Assembly (NCBI GenBank): GCA_963788255.1
Contig: CAWBGC010000017.1
Location: 1,050 to 65,049 of the forward strand
Reading direction: 5' to 3'
DNA: 64,000 nucleotides
From: an uncultured Acidobacteriota bacterium
Lineage (GTDB): Bacteria; Acidobacteriota; Terriglobia; Acidiferrales; UBA7541
Made by a program: the position numbers and the translations under genes. Shown one piece after another: positions 9,550 through 17,592 of this stretch (position 1 is the first letter of the stretch; every line of letters starts with the position of its first letter). Under the pieces are notes generated by a model. That model searched no databases and had not been told where the DNA came from. It saw only the letters and a program-made list of their open reading frames with translations.

Positions 9550-11187
9550 TTGAATTGGATTTACACCTTTGCCGTGTGGGTCACGACGCTGGATGGTCCA
9601 CTGTCGAATTACTGGCGGAGGCTGACCGACCGCACCTTTTCGGGCGTCTACCAAGCCAATGCGTTCGATCTGGCCATCATGCTGCCGTATTTCCTGGTGA
9701 TGGCGATCCTGGCGACCTACGGAATCCATCGCTACGCGCTGGTCTACAACTATTTCAAGAATCGCAAAAACGTTCCCGGGCCGCTGCCGGAAATCCATGA
9801 ATGGCCGCGGGTGACGGTGCAACTGCCGATATACAACGAACGATACGTGATCGAGAGGCTGGTGGAATGCGTGGCGCAGTTCGACTACCCGCGCGAGCTG
9901 CTGGATATTCAGGTGCTCGACGATTCGACGGACGAGACGCAGCAGGTGGCGCGAGATTGCGTCGAGCGGTACGAGGCGCTGGGCGTGCCGATTTCGTACA
10001 TCCATCGCGACAACCGCGAGGGGTTCAAGGCCGGGGCGCTGCAGGAAGGATTGAAGTCGGCGAAAGGAGAATTCGTCGCGATCTTCGACGCGGACTTCAT
10101 GCCCCCGGCGGACTTCCTGCGGCGCACAGTGCCCTATTTCACGGAGCCGAAGCTGGCGATGGTCCAGACGCGGTGGAGCTACGTCAACCGGAACTATTCG
10201 GCGCTCACGGAAGTGGAAGCGATCTTACTGGACGGGCATTTCGCGATTGAGCATTGTTCGAGGTACCGCAGCGGGCTGTTTTTCAATTTCAACGGGACGG
10301 GCGGCATCTGGAGGCGCAGTGCGATCGAAGACGCCGGCGGTTGGCAGCACGATACGCTGACCGAAGACACCGACCTTTCCTATCGCGCGCAGATGCGGGG
10401 CTGGCAGTTTCTTTACCTGCCAGACATCGAGTGCCCCTCGGAATTGCCGGTGGAGATGAACGCGTTCAAGTCGCAGCAGGCGCGATGGGCCAAGGGGCTG
10501 ATGCAGACGGCGAAGAAAATTCTGCCGCAGGTGATGCGGTCGAAGGTGTCGAGCGAAGTAAAGGCGGAGGCGTTCTTCCACCTGACGGCAAACATCAGCT
10601 ACCCACTGATGGTGTTTCTGTCCATCATACTGCTGCCGGCGATGATCGTGCGGTTCTACCAAGGCTGGCTGCAGGTGATGGTGATCGACCTGCCGCTGTT
10701 CCTGGCGTCAACGTGCTCGATTTCGTCGTTTTACCTGGCGGCCGAGCGCGCGCTGTATCCGAAGACATGGAAACGGACGTTTCTGTATCTTCCGTTCGTG
10801 ATGGCAGTGGGCATCGGGCTTTCCGTGCGGAACGCGATGGCGGTGCTGGAAGCGATTTTCGGCGTGAAATCGGAATTCGTGCGCACGCCGAAATACCGCG
10901 TCGAAGGGAAGACGAAGCAAGAGACGTCGTGGGCGAAGAAAACCTACCGGAAGAAGGCGGGCTGGATGCCGTTCGCCGAGGTGATGCTGGGGCTTTACTT
11001 CGTGGCCACCGTCGCTTATGCGTTTCAAAACGAAAACTACGCGACGATGCCGTTTCTTCTGCTGTTCGTTTGGGGCTACCTCTACACGGGGCTGATGTCG
11101 TTGGCGCAGACGTACCTGGAGCGGCTGAGGTTCAGCGCCGAACCGGGGGAAGTCCGGCCCGCCTCGACCGGGGTGCCGGGGTTTTAG
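9550..11187 (+). CDS. Processive family-2 glycosyltransferase (cellulose-synthase-like, multi-TM)
   Basis: Motifs seen are VQLPIYNE, VLDDSTD, IFDADF, TEDTDLSYR and the Q-x-x-RW motif QQARW, plus C-terminal TM helices. The start is uncertain. I chose the TTG at 9550, which follows a GGAGG at 9534-9538. The ORF-track start at 9388 encodes a non-protein-like leader. Confidence 0.8.
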   Translation: MNWIYTFAVWVTTLDGPLSNYWRRLTDRTFSGVYQANAFDLAIMLPYFLVMAILATYGIHRYALVYNYFKNRKNVPGPLPEIHEWPRVTVQLPIYNERYVIERLVECVAQFDYPRELLDIQVLDDSTDETQQVARDCVERYEALGVPISYIHRDNREGFKAGALQEGLKSAKGEFVAIFDADFMPPADFLRRTVPYFTEPKLAMVQTRWSYVNRNYSALTEVEAILLDGHFAIEHCSRYRSGLFFNFNGTGGIWRRSAIEDAGGWQHDTLTEDTDLSYRAQMRGWQFLYLPDIECPSELPVEMNAFKSQQARWAKGLMQTAKKILPQVMRSKVSSEVKAEAFFHLTANISYPLMVFLSIILLPAMIVRFYQGWLQVMVIDLPLFLASTCSISSFYLAAERALYPKTWKRTFLYLPFVMAVGIGLSVRNAMAVLEAIFGVKSEFVRTPKYRVEGKTKQETSWAKKTYRKKAGWMPFAEVMLGLYFVATVAYAFQNENYATMPFLLLFVWGYLYTGLMSLAQTYLERLRFSAEPGEVRPASTGVPGF

Positions 11188-11254
11188 CGGCCGCACCCGC
11201 ATGCGTCAGTTATTACTCCCTCCGATTGCGTCGAATCATTCCAAGGAGCATTCC

Positions 11255-12610
11255 ATGAGACTTCGGAGTCTGGGGGTGTGGTGCGGATTGTTGCTAGTGG
11301 GGAGCGCGTTTGCGGCGGTGGTGGCACACGCGCGGTTCCCGCAGCCGAAGGAGGAATATCAGGCTCGACGCGCGAAGTTGCGCGCGACCGTGGATGGGCC
11401 GATCGTGCTCTTCGGCTACACCGGGCAGGAGGATGCTTCCGAAGTCGCCGTGTTCTTTCAGGAGCCGAATTTCTATTACTTGAGCGGCCATGACGAGCCG
11501 GGAGCGGCTTTGGTCTTAATACCCGATGCGCCCGCGGGGAAAGCGTACGAAGGACCGCATGAGATTCTATATCTGCCCGCGCGCAACCTGAGCCACGAAC
11601 AGTGGGAAGGGCCGAAAATTGGGCCGGAAGATCCAGGGGTCGCGGGCAAGACCGGCTTCGAAGCAGTCGAGCCGTTAAAGAATCTGAAGGGCAATCTGCA
11701 AAAGCTCGCCAAGACGTATTCGAATTTTTACACCGTGCTGCCTCCTGGGCACGAAGGGGGCTATCCGCACTTCACGGAATCGGCGGCGACGATTCGCGCC
11801 GCGCTGCCGAAGATGAAATTGAAGGATATCGCTCCAGCGATTTACGCCATGCGCCAGGTGAAGTCCGCAGGCGAGCTGGCGCTGTTGCAAAAGGCCATCG
11901 ATCTATCGGTGGACGCGCACCTGGATGCGATGAAACAGATGCGCCCGGGTTTGTTTGAATATCAGATCGCCGCGCGGATGAAGGAAATCCACGAATGGGG
12001 TGGCTGCGCGCGGGAAGCGTATGCGCCAATCGTGGGCGCGGGATTGAATTCCACCGTCCTGCACTACAGTGCGCTGGACAGCGAAATCCAGGACGGGGAC
12101 GTGGTGGTGATTGACGTTGGCGGGGAATATGGCGGGTACGCTGCGGACATCACCCGCACGCTGCCCGCAAACGGAAAATTCTCGGAGCGGCAGCGTGAGA
12201 TCTACGAAATCGTCCTGGGAGCGCAGAATGCGGCCATCGCGGCGATCAAGCCCGGCGCAAAATTGTACGACGGCCCCGGCAGCTTGATGCAAATCAGCTA
12301 CAACTACATCAACACGCACGGGCGGGATCAGCAGGGAGAGCCGCTCGGGAAATATTACATTCACGGCGTGAGCCACCATCTGGGCCTGGACGTGCATGAT
12401 CCAGGAGACCGCAACCGTCCACTGGAGGCGGGGATGGTGGTGACCGTCGAGCCGGGGATCTATATTCCCGAGGAAAAATTGGGTGTGCGGATCGAGGACG
12501 ACGTGCTGGTCACGCAGGACGGTTCGCAGATTCTGACGGCGCGGCTGCCGCGCAACGTGGACGAGATTGAAAAGCTAATGGCTGAGGGACGTACGAATCC
12601 TACGCAATAG
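11255..12610 (+). CDS. pepP: Xaa-Pro aminopeptidase (M24B family) with a signal peptide
   Basis: AAGGAG precedes the ATG at 11255, and MRLRSLGVWCGLLLVGSAFAAVVAHA is a signal peptide. The M24 metal-ligand context is present (VVIDVGGEYGGYAADITRT ... HGVSHHLGLDVHD ... VEPGIY ... RIEDDV). Confidence 0.85.
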   Translation: MRLRSLGVWCGLLLVGSAFAAVVAHARFPQPKEEYQARRAKLRATVDGPIVLFGYTGQEDASEVAVFFQEPNFYYLSGHDEPGAALVLIPDAPAGKAYEGPHEILYLPARNLSHEQWEGPKIGPEDPGVAGKTGFEAVEPLKNLKGNLQKLAKTYSNFYTVLPPGHEGGYPHFTESAATIRAALPKMKLKDIAPAIYAMRQVKSAGELALLQKAIDLSVDAHLDAMKQMRPGLFEYQIAARMKEIHEWGGCAREAYAPIVGAGLNSTVLHYSALDSEIQDGDVVVIDVGGEYGGYAADITRTLPANGKFSERQREIYEIVLGAQNAAIAAIKPGAKLYDGPGSLMQISYNYINTHGRDQQGEPLGKYYIHGVSHHLGLDVHDPGDRNRPLEAGMVVTVEPGIYIPEEKLGVRIEDDVLVTQDGSQILTARLPRNVDEIEKLMAEGRTNPTQ

Positions 12611-12688
12611 TGACTCAGGCGCGGAATTCGGCTACATCGGGAGTTGTTCTCGTTCAGAATGATTGGTGACACTCGATAGAGTGTCGCC

Positions 12689-13699
12689 ATGCAAATACAT
12701 GGGGGAAGGGTACCCAAAGCGCGAGAGCTCTCGCGCTTTGGGTACGAGCTGAGCCGGACCGCCCAGCTCCGGTTGGTCTGGATGAGTCACTATCTCCGCC
12801 ACGGTCGCAAGGCGGCGTTCACCTGCCGTCACTTCGGGATCAGCCGGCAGACGTTCTATCGCTGGTGGCGCCGCTACGACCCTCACAATCTCACCAGCTT
12901 GGAAGACCGCTCGCACCGTCCGCATCGGCGGCGCCAGCCGACCTGGACCGCCTCGCAGAGTGAAGCCGTGCTGGCTCTGCGGCGCGAGTATCCCCGCTGG
13001 GGAAAGGACAAACTGGTCGTGTTGCTCCGCCGCAAGAATCTCCGGCTCTCCACCTCCATGGTGGGCCGGATCCTGAGCGATCTGAAACGTCGTGGCGTGC
13101 TGGTGGAAACTCCCTGGAAGGTACCAACCCGTCGCCGCAAGATGCGCGGCCGTCCCTGGGCCCGGCGAAAGCCCCGTTTTTGGCCCATTCGACAGCCGGG
13201 GGATCTGGTCCAACTCGACACCAAAGAGGTGCGACCCGCGCGCGGAGTGGTGCTGAAACACTTCTCGGCTCGCGATATGATCACTCGTTGGGATGTGCTC
13301 GAAGTGCATGAACGCGCTACCTCACTCGCCGCGGCGCACTTCCTGGACACGCTGGTTGATCGCATGCCCTTCCCCATCGCCGCTCTGCAGGTGGATGGCG
13401 GCAGCGAATTCGCTGCTGAATTCGAGTTGGCTTGCCAGCAACGAAACTTGCCGCTCTTCGTGCTCCCGCCGCGCTCTCCAAAACTCAACGGTCAGGTCGA
13501 ACGGTCTCATCGCACTCATCACGAGGAGTTCTACCAGGTGATCCCGCAGAGCTGGAACGTTGCGCAACTCAATCCTCAGCTTCGTCGCTGGGAACACATC
13601 TACAACACCGTGCGCCCTCACCAGGCGCTCCGCTACCTCACCCCGCTCGAATTCCTCGAGCGCTGGAAATCTCAACAAAAGAAAGCCGAGTGTCACTAA
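12689..13699 (+). CDS. IS481-family transposase (HTH plus rve/DDE integrase core)
   Basis: The N-terminal HTH reads FGISRQTFYRWWRRY. The core has LVQLDTKEV ... LQVDGGSEF ... PRSPKLNGQVERSH (D, D, E spacing). The stop codon lies inside the right inverted repeat. Confidence 0.85.
   Translation: MQIHGGRVPKARELSRFGYELSRTAQLRLVWMSHYLRHGRKAAFTCRHFGISRQTFYRWWRRYDPHNLTSLEDRSHRPHRRRQPTWTASQSEAVLALRREYPRWGKDKLVVLLRRKNLRLSTSMVGRILSDLKRRGVLVETPWKVPTRRRKMRGRPWARRKPRFWPIRQPGDLVQLDTKEVRPARGVVLKHFSARDMITRWDVLEVHERATSLAAAHFLDTLVDRMPFPIAALQVDGGSEFAAEFELACQQRNLPLFVLPPRSPKLNGQVERSHRTHHEEFYQVIPQSWNVAQLNPQLRRWEHIYNTVRPHQALRYLTPLEFLERWKSQQKKAECH
12710..12745. repeat. 36-bp perfect palindrome inside the 5' end of the transposase ORF
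   Basis: GTACCCAAAGCGCGAGAG/CTCTCGCGCTTTGGGTAC, centred on GAGCTC. A second 7-bp-stem hairpin (GACACTC-GATA-GAGTGTC, 12669-12686) lies between the left inverted repeat and the ATG. Confidence 0.9.
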
Positions 13700-13721
13700 T
13701 CATGTGGACGAGTACAGGGGT

Positions 13722-13751
13722 TTGACCGGGTGCGCGGAGGGCCGATATAAT
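13722..13751 (+). promoter_or_regulatory. Candidate sigma-70 promoter for the EF-P gene
   Basis: TTGACC (13722-13727), an 18-nt spacer, then a perfect TATAAT (13746-13751). It lies about 105 nt upstream of the EF-P start and only 19 nt outside the IS right end. Confidence 0.5.
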
Positions 13752-13857
13752 GGGTGTTTGCGCTTGGTGCGAAGGGCGAGCTGAGCGAGGCGCCCGCAGC
13801 TTTTGACGCCGAAGAAAGTCCTCCGGGAACACCCCGAGAAGAGTTCAGGAGCAGGCC

Positions 13858-14418
13858 GTGATTAAAGCAACCCTTTTGCGCGCGGGAATGATCATCAAGC
13901 ACGAAGGCGATCTCTTCGTGGTCTACAGCGTGGACCACCGCACGCCGGGCAACAAGCGCGCCGCCATGCAAACAAAGATGCGCAACATCCGTACCGGCTC
14001 GATGATCGATTACCGCTTCCGCGCCGAGGAAACCATCGATAAAGTCACCGTGGACGAAATCAAGTTCGAGTACCTCTACAGCGACGGCGAAGGCCACCAT
14101 TTCATGAACACGGAAAATTACGAGCAGTTGGCGCTGCAGAACGACATCGTGGGTGACGCGAAGGACTACCTGATTCCCAACATGCCCGTGAGCATCGAGT
14201 ATTACGACAACAAGCCGATCGGCGTGCTGGTGCCGGATACTGTCGATCTGACCGTGGTCGAAACCGAGCCGAGCATCCAGAAGGCGACGGCGAGCGCCGT
14301 GATGAAGCCGGCGAAGCTCGAGACCGGGCTGGTGGTGAACGTCCCGCCGTTCGTCGGCACGGGCGACAAAATCAAAGTGGATACTTCGGAAGCGCGCTAC
14401 ATCCAGCGCGTACAGTAG
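13858..14418 (+). CDS. efp: Elongation factor P family protein with EfpL/YeiP-like loop and C-domain features
   Basis: There is full-length similarity to EF-P (three-domain length, ...VVETEPS...KPAKLETGLVVNVPPFVGTGDKIKVDTSEARYIQRV). The start is GTG. The loop reads TPGNKRA rather than KPGKGQA. Confidence 0.9.
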   Translation: MIKATLLRAGMIIKHEGDLFVVYSVDHRTPGNKRAAMQTKMRNIRTGSMIDYRFRAEETIDKVTVDEIKFEYLYSDGEGHHFMNTENYEQLALQNDIVGDAKDYLIPNMPVSIEYYDNKPIGVLVPDTVDLTVVETEPSIQKATASAVMKPAKLETGLVVNVPPFVGTGDKIKVDTSEARYIQRVQ

Positions 14419-14488
14419 CAGTTTCCACGCTTTCAACCACCCCGTTGCCTCGCCTCAGTAGTGACTCGCGTATTCGTACAGCAGGATG

Positions 14489-15808
14489 CTAATGGGCGGC
14501 GGAGGATTTTGCGCCGAAGACGCGCCGGAAGATAGCGTCAACGGCGCACAACTGGCGCTGCAGATCGAATGTGTGCGCGAGGGCTTTTTCGTCAAGGAAT
14601 TTGCGGATGGAAGTGTCGGCGGAGACGCGGTCTTGGAAACTGGTTTCCGATTCCCAGGCCGCCATGGCGTGCGCCTGCACCCACTTGTAGGCGTCCTCGC
14701 GGGGCGCGCCCTGCTCCACAAGATCCTGCAAAAGCTGGCCGGAAAAAACCAGGCCGTGCGTGGCATTCAAATTCCGCAGCATGCGTTCGGGGAACACGCG
14801 CATGTTGGCGACGATCTCCGTGGTGCGGTGGAGCATGTAGTGCGTAAGGATCGTGGAATCGGGGAGAATCACGCGCTCGACGGAGCTGTGCGAGATATCG
14901 CGCTCGTGCCAGAGCGCGATGTTTTCGAACGACGCGGTGGCATTGGCGCGGACCACACGGGCGAGGCCGCAGATCTGCTCGCTGGATACGGGATTGCGCT
15001 TGTGAGGCATGGCGGAGCTGCCGCGTTGTTCGCCGCCGAAGGGCTCCTCGACCTCGCGGACTTCGGTGCGCTGGAGATGCCGAATCTCCAGAGCGACGCG
15101 CTCGAGCGAAGCAGCGACGATGGCGAGCGCGGAAAGATACTGCGCGTGGCGGTCGCGCTCGATGACTTGGGAAGTGATGGGCGCAGTGGCAAGCCCGAGG
15201 CGCTGGCAGATTTTCTGCTCGATTTCGGGGCCGAGATGCGTGCAAGTGCCGACGGCACCGGAGATTTTTCCCACGGCCATTTCGCCCGCAGCGGATTGGA
15301 ACCGCACGGCATCGCGGCGGTTTTCAGCGTACCAATTGGCGATTTTTAGGCCGAAGGTGATCGGCTCGGCATGAATTCCGTGCGTGCGGCCGATTTCGGG
15401 CGTGTCCTTGAACTCCCAGGCGCGTTTTTCGAGGACTTCGCCGAAGCGTTCTATGGCTTTTTCGATCAGCGCGGAGGCTTCGCGGACGATCAGCGCCTGC
15501 GCGGTGTCGACAACGTCGTTGGAGGTGAGGCCGTAGTGCAGCCAGCGCGCGGCTTCAGGATCCCCGACGGATTCCTGCACGGCGATGGTGAAGGCGATGA
15601 CGTCGTGGCGGACCTTGGCCTCCAGGTCGTTGATGCGCGCTACGTCGACGCGGGCGTGTTCGCGCAGCTTCGCGGCCGCTTCGCGCGGAACGATGCCGGC
15701 TTCCGCGAGCGTTTCCGTGGCGGCCAGCTCGACTTCGAGCCACTTCTGGAATTTGTTCTCCTCGCTCCAGACGCGGCCCATTTCCGGGCGGGTGTAGCGG
15801 ACGATCAA
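14489..15808 (-). CDS. purB: Adenylosuccinate lyase
   Basis: The N-terminus is MIVRYTRPEMGRVWSEENKFQKWLEVELA. The fumarate-lyase signature region GSSAMPHKRNP is present. Length is 439 aa. Confidence 0.95.
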   Translation of the reverse strand: MIVRYTRPEMGRVWSEENKFQKWLEVELAATETLAEAGIVPREAAAKLREHARVDVARINDLEAKVRHDVIAFTIAVQESVGDPEAARWLHYGLTSNDVVDTAQALIVREASALIEKAIERFGEVLEKRAWEFKDTPEIGRTHGIHAEPITFGLKIANWYAENRRDAVRFQSAAGEMAVGKISGAVGTCTHLGPEIEQKICQRLGLATAPITSQVIERDRHAQYLSALAIVAASLERVALEIRHLQRTEVREVEEPFGGEQRGSSAMPHKRNPVSSEQICGLARVVRANATASFENIALWHERDISHSSVERVILPDSTILTHYMLHRTTEIVANMRVFPERMLRNLNATHGLVFSGQLLQDLVEQGAPREDAYKWVQAHAMAAWESETSFQDRVSADTSIRKFLDEKALAHTFDLQRQLCAVDAIFRRVFGAKSSAAH

Positions 15809-15968
15809 GATCGGCTCCTCGGGTCTACTTCTTGAAAGCAGCAGGGAACTTACCTACTCCATGATACCTGAAATATGGCTGCCTTCCCGGCCGAATGAAG
15901 GCTTGGACGCTGGTTGCAAGCTCAAGAACCGTCCTTGCGGAGGGCGAGCCAGGCCGCGGTGGCACGGT

Positions 15969-16241
15969 TCAAGCCCTTCGGCGGCGGGACTGGCCTTCCA
16001 TGGCGGCTCGGAGGAGCTTGTTGATGCGGGTCTGGTAGCCGCGGCCTTGGGATTTCAGCCAAGCGAGCAGGTCGGCGTCCAGCCGAATGGTGAGAGATTT
16101 CTTGATGGGGCGATAGTATTTGCCGATCACGGCGCGGCTCCAATCGCGTACCTCCGGGATGTCGGAGAAATCGATTTGGCCGTCGCGCAGCGCGGCCAGT
16201 GCGCGGAGTTCCTTTTTTAGTTTCTTAGATGGCTTGGTCAT
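15969..16241 (-). CDS. brnA: BrnA-type antitoxin
   Basis: ...DFSDIPE...KKSLTIRLDADLLAWLKSQGRGYQTRINKLLRAAM is BrnA-like. The gene overlaps the upstream BrnT gene by 17 nt. Confidence 0.8.
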   Translation of the reverse strand: MTKPSKKLKKELRALAALRDGQIDFSDIPEVRDWSRAVIGKYYRPIKKSLTIRLDADLLAWLKSQGRGYQTRINKLLRAAMEGQSRRRRA

Positions 16242-16509
16242 AGGCTTTTCTCTCCCGGGGTGTCGCTTTTCGCGCGGAGATGATACGGATCACTTCTTCG
16301 CCGTCCTCTTCGTGCGCAGTGTGGGCCACCAGAAGAATCGCAATCCCGCCTGCAAGCCCGATTGTGTGCCAGCGCTCCTCCCCGTCCACGATCCGATCCA
16401 GTTGGCTGAGAGCGTGGGGATCATCAAATACGAGCATTGCGGCGTCGAAGCTGATGCGATGCTTGGCAAGATTGCGGCGGCTCTTTTCCTCGTCCCAAAC
16501 GAATCTCAT
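16225..16509 (-). CDS. brnT: BrnT-type toxin (DUF497 ribonuclease)
   Basis: The ATG at 16509 gives MRFVWDEEKSRRNLAKHRISFDAAMLVFDDP...IRIISARKATPRERKAY, a typical DUF497/BrnT pattern. Confidence 0.8.
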   Translation of the reverse strand: MRFVWDEEKSRRNLAKHRISFDAAMLVFDDPHALSQLDRIVDGEERWHTIGLAGGIAILLVAHTAHEEDGEEVIRIISARKATPRERKAYDQAI

Positions 16510-16615
16510 TTTCGCAACTACATTACGATAGCTACATATTAGTATGTATGAATGGAAAAAGCAAGAGCCGCCCAGCAATGAGGAAGGCGCTCATGGCAAC
16601 GATAGGCGGGGCGGC

Positions 16616-17377
16616 CTACAGCTCAAACGGGCCGAGGGGAACGTGCTGGGAGGCGATGTGGAGCGAGCCGCGGAAGGCGCAATCGGAGGCGCGGCGGCCG
16701 AGGGCTTCTTCGGCGGAGATGCGCGCGAGGTCGGGCGTGTTGTTCTGCTCCGAGAGATGCGCGAGGACGAGGTGGCGCGCGCGGGCATCGAAAACATCCG
16801 CGTCGGCGAGGAATTCGCTGACGATCGTGTTGGAAAGATGTCCGGTGCGGCTCATGACGCGCTGCTTGATGTACCAGGGGTACGGGCCGACCTTGAGCAT
16901 CTCGAGATCGTGATTCGATTCGAGGACCAGGAAATCGGCTTCGCGGAGGTGGACCTTCACAAGCTCGGGAAGATAACCGAGGTCGGTGACGATGGCGACC
17001 TTCGTGCCGTTGGCGCGGAAGGAGTAGCCGACCGGGTCGGCAGCGTCGTGCGGGATCGAGAAGGGATTGACTTCGATGTCGCCGATTTCAAAGCGCAAGC
17101 CAGGACGGATGTACTGAACGCGCGCGGGATGTTTTGCGGGCGTGTCCGCATACATTTTGATTATTTCGCGGTGGGTGGGCTCGGTGAGGTAGGCGGTGCA
17201 ATCCCAGTGTCGCGCCATTTGCGCAAGGCCGCTGGAATGGTCCGAGTGTTCGTGGGTGATGAGGATGGCGTCCACATGCTCGGGATGATTGCGGCCAAGC
17301 GCCTCAAAGCGGCGCCACATTTCTTTGCGGCCCAGACCGGCGTCGATGAGGAGAGTGGTGCGCCCGGTTTCGAGCAA
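16616..17377 (-). CDS. MBL-fold metallo-hydrolase (start unresolved; probably extends to about 17428-17443)
   Basis: The HxHxDH motif ITHEHSDHSSG is present. The conserved first beta-strand (RISFRISILASGSAGNST) is encoded in frame upstream of the first canonical start codon (TTG at 17377). See findings. Confidence 0.8.
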   Translation of the reverse strand: MLETGRTTLLIDAGLGRKEMWRRFEALGRNHPEHVDAILITHEHSDHSSGLAQMARHWDCTAYLTEPTHREIIKMYADTPAKHPARVQYIRPGLRFEIGDIEVNPFSIPHDAADPVGYSFRANGTKVAIVTDLGYLPELVKVHLREADFLVLESNHDLEMLKVGPYPWYIKQRVMSRTGHLSNTIVSEFLADADVFDARARHLVLAHLSEQNNTPDLARISAEEALGRRASDCAFRGSLHIASQHVPLGPFEL

Positions 17378-17592
17378 CGTGGAGTTGCCCGCGCTGCCCG
17401 AGGCGAGAATGGAGATACGGAACGAGATGCGGCGGCTCTCCGACTACCGCGAAGGATGATGGCAAACTGGCGCGGCGGCGTCAAAGGAAAAAAGGTGGGC
17501 TACAGAAAAAATGAAGCAAGGAACAGTGCACAAAAGAGTGAGCCGGGACGGGGACGCGCCCGACGAGGTATCTCAGGATCCTCTGGAGGTTG

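Larger units (their letters stand above)
12659..13703 (+). mobile_element. IS481-family insertion sequence, apparently intact
   Basis: Terminal inverted repeats are ATGATTGGTGACACTCG (12659-12675) and CGAGTGTCACTAATCAT (13687-13703), matching at 16 of 17 positions as inverted repeats. They bracket a single DDE transposase ORF. I see no clear target-site duplication. Confidence 0.8.

Noticed and set aside
12640-13715. Target-site duplication flanking the IS481-family element.
   Set aside because: The flanks (…GTTCAGA | IS | GTGGACG…) share no direct repeat of 4 bp or more that I can align. No TSD is claimed.
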